64,000 nt of DNA from Bugula neritina (lineage: Eukaryota; Animalia; Bryozoa). A program made the position numbers and the translations under genes. Shown piece by piece: positions 52,952 through 62,742 of this stretch. The stretch spans positions 7,224,741 through 7,288,740 of the forward strand of contig OZ037768.1 of assembly GCA_964035545.1 (NCBI GenBank), written 5' to 3'. How positions within the stretch are numbered: position 1 is the first letter of the stretch; every line of letters starts with the position of its first letter. Under the pieces are notes generated by a model. It saw only the letters and a list, made by a program, of their open reading frames with translations, was not told the origin of the DNA and made no database searches.

Positions 52952-55900
52952 CGGTTTTTGTAAACTGCGTAAACGGAAAAGCGGAAATTTCTGCAAAAAC
53001 GGCGGAAAAGTACTTAACCGAGCAATTTTTTTAGTAATCGCTGCGTAATACTTTTGTGTATGCACGAAGCATAGGTTTTAGTTGAAAAATGACACAACTC
53101 TAAAATTAAAATAATCTTGCATTAAGAAAACCTCGGCAACGTGTTAAGTACTTAGTCTATTTCATCCCTCGCAACCAACGTGATATCTTCAACTCTACAA
53201 GTACACCCCTTCAACTGAACAGCTTATATCTTTTTGCTTGAACCTAAAATTCTCACTTCGACTTTCCAATATAACAAATAAAGCTAGAGATGGGTAAGCT
53301 CAATCTGCTTATAAATTATTAATAACATTTTTAAACTAAATAATTGTCGATTAAAATAATAATCTAAATCATATTAACGATTAAATTTAATAAATAATAA
53401 TATTAATATTAATAGAAATATTAATAATACTAATAGTAATACTAATACTAATAGTAATACTAATACTCAATAGTAATAGTAATGCTGTAATACTAATAGT
53501 AATAGTATCACTTTTACTAATACTAATAGTAATACTAATAGCGTTTAATTAATAATATAAATAATAATTAATATACTTATACTTATAGTTATAGTGATAA
53601 TTATATAACTTATAGATTACGATATCATTTTAACTTTAGGTATTGAATTACATTTATTATAATTATAATTATATTACTAATACTAATATTAATACTAATA
53701 GTAAATGTAATACTATTAGTATAGCTATTAAACTTAGTGCTACTAGTTCTATTACTATGTCTATTGTCTATTAGTATTACTATTACTATTAAACTTGGTA
53801 TAAGTATAAGTATTAGTATTATGTTAATTAATATTTTAGTATTAAATTAATTATTAATATTAATAATAATAATATAATCATAATGATAATCATTGTCATT
53901 ATATAAAGTGTAGTATTATTATTAGCCTATTATTTTAATATAATTTTGTATTATTAATAATAATAATTCATAATTGTATTGGTATTCTTATTCTAATACT
54001 GTAGTAGTAATTCACATCTGCTAATCTTATGTTTATTTTAATTCATTTAATTATATATGTAATTCACTAACCAGTTATTGTTAAATGGTATTGTGATATT
54101 AATATAAGCTTATAACTATACTTATGGTATATTGATTAATAATTAGTAAGTCTAAGACAAGATGGATAGTAATACTTATACTACTTGAGTGTTTTATTCA
54201 AATCGTTGAGAAAAAGTGCATCAAACTTTCACATTGATGCAGTTGAACTTAAACATATATGTGTTTAATGAATTGGCTATAACACTCAGTCACATGTTAT
54301 CTTAAAACCCATTGTATACCCTGTTAAGACTCATTTTGGTCTTGTGGTGCAGATATAGTGTATTTGACATTTGTCTTGTGAGAGTAACAGTCTTTTTCAT
54401 ATTAAATAAGCCAAAAAGTCTAGGTTTTTTTTAAGCCAAATTGTTGTTCTGATAATATAATTTGAAGTCAAGAATATTCATTGTTTAGCATTCATTGTAA
54501 TGGTCCTGTTGTTTTGATAATTTTTACAGATTATAGAGGTATAACTAATTTTGGAAATACATGCTTTTTAAATGCATGTATTCAAACTATAAACCGCACA
54601 CCACCGCTACAAGTAAATTGTGAGTACATAAATTTTAATTTATCTTTTTCTTAGGGGATTAATATGACTTTAAACCTAGATTTAAAGTAACTTGTTCTAT
54701 TTATATAGGAAATAAATGGTCATGTTTTTTCATACTGTAATCGAGAAGTAGATCACTGTTTTGGTCTTTTGGTTTCACTTTAGTGTTCTTTTTTGGTTAT
54801 ATATGCTTCATTTGTTACTGTGCCAGTAGCAATTCCACAGATCAAGGGTTGAATTTCATGGCTAACGATAAATTTCAAATCCCTTATCAAAAACCAAATG
54901 TATAATTGACATTTTAATCAAGAATAGCCACCAATTAAGGCTTCTTTTACATACATATTTTGTTTTTAGAGGTTTTACCTGATTTCATGAATAATGAGCA
55001 GCATGATGTTGCCGAGGTATTAATGGAAGTTTATAACATGCGATGCAATAGGTTGGGTAACATTAACATTGCTTGAACACATTTGTTGCTTATGTATAGT
55101 TTATAATTCCTAAAGTGACAGTTAGTAGGTACACTAAACACTTATGCTCTTTTCTTCAATGGGACAAAATTGTTCTGGTCAGAAGTTGAATAGTTGACTA
55201 AATGTCATTTCTGCAATGCTGAAACAGCATTTGCTCAGTCAATGAATTTATTACCAGTTCCTCTATTAGAGGTGATTTGGCAACAAATAGAACATTTATT
55301 TTATTGGCACTATAGCATCACGTTTTTGTATTGGCTATTTTATTTGTTACAGAGTGAGGTCACACTGCAGGGCATCAATTCAGTTCCAAGAAACTAGATG
55401 GATATGTTTTCGAAGGGTACTTTGTGTATTTTATGTTTACATAATATTTTGGACCATATTCTTGAGAATTTCTGACTACTGAATAAATACTCATGTTACT
55501 ATTTTTGAGCTCTAGTAGTCTAGATATAACTGTACAACTGTCTCAGTTTACAAAGCTTCCAAAAGTCTTAGCTATCACTTTGAAAAGATTTGATGAACCA
55601 GGAGTCAAGTTAACTAAAAACTTGGAAGTACTGGATTTGCTTTATATAACAGATAAGAGTGGGGTGAGAAGTATTTAACTAATACTTGTATACAAAGAGG
55701 CGCAATACAAGAGCAGTTTATTGGTGTTGCAGGAACAAAGATTTAATTAGCTCCAAGAATAAATGCAATAAGTATTACGGACATTCTGGTTCTAATAACT
55801 GTGATAAAGGTACAGCTGTATAATCAGCTATATTGTTTATTTTTTGCTGTGTGTTTTGTCATTAGCTTTGCACTTGTGAAGAAAATTGTAATTTGTTGAT

Positions 55901-57454
55901 TGTTTGTTTTGGCAGCTTTGTTTGTGTTCAAGAAGAGAATCCTTGGAATATTTCCCTGCGCTACTCACTGTTACAAATTCATAGGACTTGCTTGCTAGCA
56001 TGTGCAAGTCCTTTGAAGTTGACTGCTGAGTTGACAGAACAGTAAACCACCAGCTCCGTCACAAGACTCCAATGTAATCAAGTTGCTTTTTACAAATTGG
56101 TTTGGTTTCAATGTAGCTGTCACACCACTGTGATTGCGATTGTCACTTTCAAAGTAAAGAATGACAGCTGATTGTTCCATTATTATTTACATATTTCCTC
56201 TAGATCGTATTGTAGCATCAAAGAAGACCTACTGAGAACATATTGATTTATTTAGCGGTATTTTAACTGTTAGCAAGACTTTGCAAAATGTGTACATTCA
56301 TATTAGGTGTTTAGGGCATTAAAGCTTTGATAAGCCGTTGCATATTTGCAATTATATGCGAGGCGTTATAAGCCATGATGAAGTTTCAGTTGTTCAGCAT
56401 TTTGGTGACATTTCGTCAGCAAATATGTTTTTGTAATTTTTATTTGCTGTGCCTTGAACACATTTTTATACAAAACTAAAAACTTGTTTTTTTTTTTTGT
56501 TTTTTTTTTCTTACTTTTACTTATATTATTGCATCATATTTTATGTTTTATTGCATAAATATCAAATAGTTCTTCAAGTTATTGTGTTCTTTGATTACAT
56601 CATGCTGTACAGTAATACATACAAGTTACTAGTATGTACAATTTCACTCACATCTTTACAATATTATTTTAAAGAACAAAAAATTAAAACAACTTTGCTG
56701 CCATGGCTATTCATTTACTTCTAGTGAGTTATCGATCAAAGTTTTGAGCACAAGGCCTAAGTTTGAGGTAGTGGAAGTAAGACACTTTAAGCACAAAACT
56801 AAAAAGTTCTGCATTTTAACCCATAAGTATTAACTTGGTTTATTAATCAAATTATTTATTTGATGAAATTATACTAATTGAGTCACACTATTTGAAATAG
56901 CATTGTACTATAAATACTAACGATAGTTCTACGTTTTATAGTTAAAGTTTGAAAATACTCATGAGCATGATAACAATAATAAGCATTTTTTATTATAACA
57001 ATTACATGCAACGATAAATATTAACTTATTTTCACTGTAGTTTTTAATGAGATATTTTAATGGGAATTTCGATAAAAAAATAATATTATGCTGGCTAGAT
57101 AACTTAAGTCGTACGAATGTTAGTTGAACAACTAAAATTTAGTTAATAGTAAAACATCGAAGGTTTTGGTATCTATGCAACTACGAGAATCACAATTATT
57201 GGGCTCGGTTTTGTAGTTTAAAAGTTAATTATTAGCAGGTAAAAATGTAATTGTCAACACCATAATAAAAACTAGTTGTGTAACTAAACTCTTTGTGCGC
57301 CGACGGCTTGGATGTTTCCTGATTTTATGGCCACGCTCACGCAACCGGATTTTATGTTTAAAAGTAGTCGTTAGAAGTTTTTCTGAGTTGTTTTCTCCTG
57401 TTTACGTTTCCGCCACTTTTTTCCGTTTTACGTTTACGCAGTTTACAAAAACCG
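52952..57454. mobile_element. 4.5-kb TIR DNA transposon with 9-bp TSD (Mutator/MULE-like), carrying a USP gene; no recognisable transposase
   Basis: 24-bp perfect TIR CGGTTTTTGTAAACTGCGTAAACG (52952-52975 / 57431-57454); identical 9-bp flanks TACAGAAAA (52943-52951 and 57455-57463); repeated subterminal CGGAAA motifs at both ends. Confidence 0.88.
53290..55809 (+). pseudogene. Transposon-borne, spliced minimal ubiquitin-specific protease (peptidase C19/USP) gene, decayed
   Basis: ATG-G|GTAAGC (53290-53293) joins in phase to the acceptor at 54529, giving MDYRGITNFGNTCFLNACIQ (Cys box; Cys codon 54562-54564). Further motifs in order: NNEQHDVAEVL (~54990-55022); KCHFC...LLPVPL finger (55200-55266); KLPKVLAITLKRF (LKRF at 55580-55591); ...HSGSNNCDK partial His box (to 55809). 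Lesions: in-frame TAG at 55191-55193, apparent frameshifts near 55390 and 55750, and no GHY exon found. Confidence 0.8.
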
Positions 57455-58357
57455 TACAGAAAATAACAATTTTCAGTAAATGGTGTAACTGATGTATTTT
57501 CTGGTATTCTTTGGTTTTCGATAAGTACTGTAAAGAAAACTGATTGGGAGAAAGCGCAATATGAAATCTAAACCAAATAATGTGCATTTGCTATAGTCAC
57601 TCATTCATGTCTCTATGTTATCACCAATAATAAAATATTGTATAAAAGAATATGCTATCATACACGCTGTAACACATGTACTATAACACAGTCTTGAAGT
57701 TCCCAGCCTTAAAGATATACACCACCAAGATAAATTATTTATAACCATGACATTAGCTTGAACTGATGAGATGGGTTGAAGTTTCAAGGCTAGGATCTGC
57801 TGATCTTTAGCCTTTGCTAGCTGACATGCACTCTTCTTTATGTTGGCTGAAATTGAAGCTAGAAATTGGCAAAGCATTTAAAAAGTTCCAAGCAGACATT
57901 GGGTTAATACAAGCAAACAAAATTCAGAAATAATTAAGTAGCGTAATTAACTTGATTGAGTAACTGCTTTGAAGGAATATTAAACTTAGAAATAGTGGAG
58001 AGACTCATAGTATAATATATTCAATCAAAGTAAAAGGTTTTTATTCAATTGAATGCCTAATTTTGCAATACAGTATATAGATCTGTAGCTGACAGTAATA
58101 GTGTTTCTCTTTTTTTTCTTTTTCTGAACATTTTTAGCAGTGATTTAAAAGTAGGTGGTTCTGCTTAGTGTGAGACTTTGTGATCTTCTACCATATACTT
58201 TAGTATTCTATAGCATTAAACCCCTGCTCTGTAGCAAATGAACTTCGCTCAAAAATTATTAAATGTTATAGCATATATGTTTTTATGTTATAGAACAGTT
58301 TCAAAGATTTTGCTTGAAGTAGCCATTTAGGAGCAGTAGTAGAGAAATTGACATAGC

Positions 58358-58509
58358 TGTAATATTATGGTTGCGGATGAAGTGGATTATATTTTGTTAG
58401 TGAACACGAGCAAGTATTGTATTTAACATGGCGATAACGTTATTCAAACTGAAGGTAACCTTGACCTAATAAAAGCGTAACATTATAGCGAGTACATTAT
58501 AATACAACA
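58358..58509 (-). repeat. 3' LTR (152 bp)
   Basis: Identical by eye to 62591-62742. Confidence 0.96.
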
Positions 58510-58520
58510 CCTCCCTTTCT
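58510..58520 (-). promoter_or_regulatory. Polypurine tract (AGAAAGGGAGG)
   Basis: Purine run on the - strand directly abutting the 3' LTR. Confidence 0.9.
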
Positions 58521-58689
58521 CAAGACAATAATAAAAGATGGGGAGACCACACAAAATTGTAATACAGCAAAAAACACACATTGGAAACATATTGATAATA
58601 CACAGAGAAATTTTAGTACACTAGTAAAAACAAACACAATGGTAATACAATACATAATAAAATGGAAACAAACACAGCACATAGTCTAT

Positions 58690-61600
58690 TTACAAATCCA
58701 AAATCTGTCTAGGTTTAATAGTTCTACCATAACTAGATTTTCTAGCGACATTATTGTCGTCAGACAACTCAGTAGTTTGTAATGGCACTAGGTTGGTAAC
58801 ATTGCGTCTGAGTGGGACACCATTAGTACTTTTAACAACAATCGATCGGGGCCTTGCAGGGGAAGTACTAACAACTTCAGCATCACGATTCAGATCACGC
58901 ACATGAACTCTATCACCAGGACTTAACGATGGAGGGACCACAACTCGATGTCTCAAGTCAAATGTATCTTTGCTCTGGGCTCTAGCATGAGCCTCTTTTT
59001 GCTTAACCCGTTCTACATCGGGCTGCTTTGGGGCCAACACTGATGGCAAAGAAGGCACCGTAGTGCGCAGTTTCCGACCCATCAACAACTCAGCTGGAGA
59101 GACACCATTTTCCAACGGTGAAGACCTATAAGCCATCAACCCTAAATACGGATCTTGTCCTTTCTTCAAAATGTTTTTAACAGTCTGAACAGCTCGTTCA
59201 GCTGCACCATTTCCCTGAGGGTGTTTAGGAGAACTGGTAATATGGGTAAAACCAAACTTTCGGGCGAAGGATTTAAATTCCTCTGAAGCGTATTGCACAC
59301 CATTATCAGAAATCAGGACCTCTGGGACACCATGTCGAGCAAATATGCTCTTCAAATGGAGTATAACCTTAGAACTGGTGAGATCCTCTAACAACGCAAC
59401 TTCGATAAAACGAGAATAGTAATCGACTACTAGCAAGAACCACTTACTGTCAAAATAGAACAAGTCACTGCCTAGTTTTTCCCAAGGACGACTAGGAAAC
59501 TCAGAACGAAGGAGAGGGGATTGTTGAACGTTAGACTCCTTCCTACAGGACTCGCATTTTTTAACCATCTCCGCAATTTGCTGGGACATATTGGGCCACC
59601 AGACTGACTGTGCAGCTCGAGACCTACATTTGGTGATGCCAAGGTGACCACTGTGGATTTTGTCAAGCACAGCTAGACGTTCGGCATGGGGAATAACAAT
59701 GCGACTGTCAAGAACTAAAACATCTTCAATGGTAGAGAGCCTAGACCTACATTCAAAATAGGGACGCAACAAAATTTCATGAGAAGGCAAATATGTGGGC
59801 CAACCAGACCTAACATATTGGAGAACACGAGATAAGACCTCATCATTCTCTTGTTGAACTTTCAACTCTTTCAAACGAGGAGAAGTGGCAGTATTATGCA
59901 ATGCTGACACAGCGAAAAGCTCTACTTCTTCCATAAACATAACATCAGCCTCACTAATGGGACCTACAGAACGAGAAAGGGCATCTGCAATAACATTCTT
60001 CTTTCCAGAAATGTGTTCCACGTGATATTGGAACCTCATGAGACGCATTCTAAACCTCTGAATACGTGCAGGGTTCTTGTCAAGCTCAATATCATTTAAG
60101 AGGGGAACTAAAGGTTTGTGATCAGTTTTGATAACCACTCTAAGACCAACAATATAATCCCTAAACTTTTCACAAGCCCAAACAACTGCTAAAGCTTCTT
60201 GCTCTATGGTAGCATACCTCTTCTCTGTCTCACTGAGCGCACGAGAAGCAGCACAGACTAGGCGTAGCTCGCCATTGTCTTGATATTGGAACAGAGCAGC
60301 ACCTATACCACATTGAGAAGCATCAGTGTGAATAACTGTTTCACGCTGAGGACTATAGGAAGCGAGTTCAACACTACGTTGCAACTCTTTCTTGATGTCA
60401 CAGAAGGCTTGTTTTTGAGCAACATCCCAAATCCAAGGAGTATTTTTATGAAGAAGCTCACGTAAGGGAGCACTGAGTTCACCTAACCTGGTGGAGAACT
60501 TGCTAAGCTGATTAGCCATTCCAAGGAAACTACGCACATCCTTGACACAAGTTGGAGTGGCAAAACTTTCTATGCCCTGAATTGCTTCGGGATTAGCACG
60601 AATGCCAGAAGAGGATATGACATGACCAAGAAACTTGATACTGCTACGAGAGAACTTACATTTTTCAACATTTAGAGTCATACCAGCGTCAACCATCCTA
60701 CGCAAAACAGCACGAACACGACTATCGTGTTCTTCTTGAGATTTACCCCAAATGCAAACATCGTCCATGTGACAGACAACACCATCCAAACCTTCCAGAA
60801 CCTGTGAAACAATTTTGCAGTACAGTTCTGGACTAGAGGACAACCCAAAGGGTAAACGGTTAAAGGCAAACCTACCAAACGGAGACAAGAATGTAGTCAA
60901 CATTTTAGCTTTGGGGGAGAGAGGAATCTGATAGAAACCTGAGTTAGCATCGAGTACTGTAAAAAAGTTACCATTGCCAAGCTTGGCGAGACTTGACTCA
61001 ACATGAGCCATGGGGTGCACTTCTCTACGAACAACTTTGTTCAACTCAGTGTAATCAACACAGATTCTCACCTTGCGATTAGCCTTGGGGACTACAACCA
61101 TGGGAGCACACCAATCTGTGGGCTCACTGACTGGAGAAATTACTCCTTTAGCAACCATATCACTCAACTCCTGCTTAACACTAGACAACAAGGGGTAGGG
61201 GACCGAACGAGGGGTGTTAATAGCAAATGGTTTACACTCAGAACGCAACTCTATACCTACGGTATGATTCATTTTACCTAGACCACTAAAAAGTTTTGGG
61301 AATTCTCTACAAAATACAGAGTTGTCAGTAACATTAGTAACAGAGTCTACATCACACTTACAAGAAATTAACCCTAGCTTAACACAAGCATTACGACTTA
61401 GCAAGGCTTTTGTTTGGTTTACAACATAAATAGTTTCAGTGTGAGTAATACTGCCTACTGAAAGTTTAGCATTAAAACAGCCTACAACTGGTATCTTAGT
61501 GTTACCTGGGCCTAAAAACTGCTTCTTAGTCTTTACTAATGGCACATTGGAACATAGCCTTTGGGGAAGTATGGAGACATCTGCACCAGTATCGAGTTTG

Positions 61601-62508
61601 AACTGAACTGGAAAGTCAAGCTTGTCTACAACAATAGTCTTGGTCCACACTCCTACGTTACTCTCAGCTATCTCACCAAGAAATACGCTGTCCACTTCTT
61701 CTTCAACTTGCTGAACTTGACTGGCAGGCTTAGATTTACACATTTTTGCGTAGTGTCCGAGTTTACCACAGCGCTTACACTTACATTCTTTCGCAGGGCA
61801 TGTACCTCTGGTGTGGTTTACATAACCACATCGGCCACATGGAGTAGAGTTATTAGTTTGTCTAGTGCTGTTACTCTTAGAGCTGTGCTTATGAGACTTG
61901 TTTGTGTGACTACCACTACTACTGAATTTGGAGACAGCATCTACCGAAGTACTACTAGTACTACCCTGAGTATGACTTTCTGTCAAGTCTTTGATGTTTT
62001 TGTCTACTTGCTCAAATTGTCTAGCCATATTTATGGCAACCTCTTCAGTTAGGTCTTCAACATTCATTTTCTGCATTTCACGACTGCAGTTAGTGTCTGT
62101 GATTCCTACTACAATTCTGTCTCGCATTTGCTCTGATCTATTGGAAAAATCACACCTATCTGCTATGTCATTTAGAGATCTAACATACTGTTCAACAGTT
62201 TCTCCTTGTTGTTGGCAGCGCCTGAAGAAACGAGCTCGTTCATAAATCACGTACTTACGTGGAGAGAAATACTTCTGAAAAGCTTCAGATACTTTTTGGT
62301 AGTTTTTAATATCTTCATCCGACAGTGCTAAACCATTGAAAATACTCTCGCTTTTATTTCCCATACAATAGAGAAAGCTGTCAACTTGCAACTGTTCTTC
62401 TTCTTGATTGAGCTTTGACAGTGTCCTATAACGACTCCAGCGAGCAAACCATTCAGCCCAGCCAGATGGATCAAAGTCGAACTCTTTAGGGGGGTTAAAC
62501 TTAGCCAT
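58690..62508 (-). CDS. Gag-Pol polyprotein, 1272 aa from ATG 62508
   Basis: Gag with tandem Zn knuckles (CGRCGYVNH...C; CKRCGKLGHYAKMC); protease FKLDTGADV; RT (RICVDY..LN, LDANSGFYQI, RLPFGL, HMDD); RNase H (TDAS, YATIEQEALA); integrase HHCC (HSGH...CESC) and D-D-E (GSDLF, SDNG, AAERAV). Confidence 0.96.
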   Translation of the reverse strand: MAKFNPPKEFDFDPSGWAEWFARWSRYRTLSKLNQEEEQLQVDSFLYCMGNKSESIFNGLALSDEDIKNYQKVSEAFQKYFSPRKYVIYERARFFRRCQQQGETVEQYVRSLNDIADRCDFSNRSEQMRDRIVVGITDTNCSREMQKMNVEDLTEEVAINMARQFEQVDKNIKDLTESHTQGSTSSTSVDAVSKFSSSGSHTNKSHKHSSKSNSTRQTNNSTPCGRCGYVNHTRGTCPAKECKCKRCGKLGHYAKMCKSKPASQVQQVEEEVDSVFLGEIAESNVGVWTKTIVVDKLDFPVQFKLDTGADVSILPQRLCSNVPLVKTKKQFLGPGNTKIPVVGCFNAKLSVGSITHTETIYVVNQTKALLSRNACVKLGLISCKCDVDSVTNVTDNSVFCREFPKLFSGLGKMNHTVGIELRSECKPFAINTPRSVPYPLLSSVKQELSDMVAKGVISPVSEPTDWCAPMVVVPKANRKVRICVDYTELNKVVRREVHPMAHVESSLAKLGNGNFFTVLDANSGFYQIPLSPKAKMLTTFLSPFGRFAFNRLPFGLSSSPELYCKIVSQVLEGLDGVVCHMDDVCIWGKSQEEHDSRVRAVLRRMVDAGMTLNVEKCKFSRSSIKFLGHVISSSGIRANPEAIQGIESFATPTCVKDVRSFLGMANQLSKFSTRLGELSAPLRELLHKNTPWIWDVAQKQAFCDIKKELQRSVELASYSPQRETVIHTDASQCGIGAALFQYQDNGELRLVCAASRALSETEKRYATIEQEALAVVWACEKFRDYIVGLRVVIKTDHKPLVPLLNDIELDKNPARIQRFRMRLMRFQYHVEHISGKKNVIADALSRSVGPISEADVMFMEEVELFAVSALHNTATSPRLKELKVQQENDEVLSRVLQYVRSGWPTYLPSHEILLRPYFECRSRLSTIEDVLVLDSRIVIPHAERLAVLDKIHSGHLGITKCRSRAAQSVWWPNMSQQIAEMVKKCESCRKESNVQQSPLLRSEFPSRPWEKLGSDLFYFDSKWFLLVVDYYSRFIEVALLEDLTSSKVILHLKSIFARHGVPEVLISDNGVQYASEEFKSFARKFGFTHITSSPKHPQGNGAAERAVQTVKNILKKGQDPYLGLMAYRSSPLENGVSPAELLMGRKLRTTVPSLPSVLAPKQPDVERVKQKEAHARAQSKDTFDLRHRVVVPPSLSPGDRVHVRDLNRDAEVVSTSPARPRSIVVKSTNGVPLRRNVTNLVPLQTTELSDDNNVARKSSYGRTIKPRQILDL

Positions 62509-62576
62509 AGCGATAAAACACACTTTAACTTTGTAAATTTAAAATAGCTAATAACTTTAACTTGGTTTCAGCAACA

Positions 62577-62590
62577 CGTACTGGCCACCA
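62577..62590 (-). promoter_or_regulatory. Primer-binding site complementary to the 3' end of tRNA-Ile(AAU)
   Basis: - strand reads TGGTGGCCAGTACG immediately after the 5' LTR; + strand CGTACTGGCCACCA equals the remembered 3' end of metazoan tRNA-Ile(AAT) plus CCA. Confidence 0.82.
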
Positions 62591-62742
62591 TGTAATATTA
62601 TGGTTGCGGATGAAGTGGATTATATTTTGTTAGTGAACACGAGCAAGTATTGTATTTAACATGGCGATAACGTTATTCAAACTGAAGGTAACCTTGACCT
62701 AATAAAAGCGTAACATTATAGCGAGTACATTATAATACAACA
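62591..62742 (-). repeat. 5' LTR (152 bp)
   Basis: Identical by eye to 58358-58509; followed by the TSD ATAGC. Confidence 0.96.

Larger units (their letters stand above)
58358..62742 (-). mobile_element. Full-length Ty3/Gypsy LTR retrotransposon (single gag-pol ORF, Mag-like), 4385 bp
   Basis: Two identical 152-bp TG...CA LTRs, 5-bp TSD ATAGC (58353-58357, 62743-62747), PBS, PPT and one uninterrupted ORF with PR-RT-RH-IN order. Confidence 0.97.

Noticed and set aside
52944-57462. Alternative boundary for the TIR element: 25-bp TIR with 7-bp TSD (ACAGAAA)
   Set aside because: Formally possible because the 9-mer begins with T and ends with A, but the 9-bp exact duplication explains more matching bases and fits a known TSD class; other copies would settle it.
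59472-62245. Small ORFs overlapping gag-pol on both strands
   Set aside because: Shadow ORFs of a long coding sequence; no motifs or independent signals.
62577-62590. tRNA-like sequence ending in CCA
   Set aside because: Only 14 nt match a tRNA 3' end; it is the retrotransposon PBS, not a tRNA gene. No rRNA or tRNA genes were recognised in the window.
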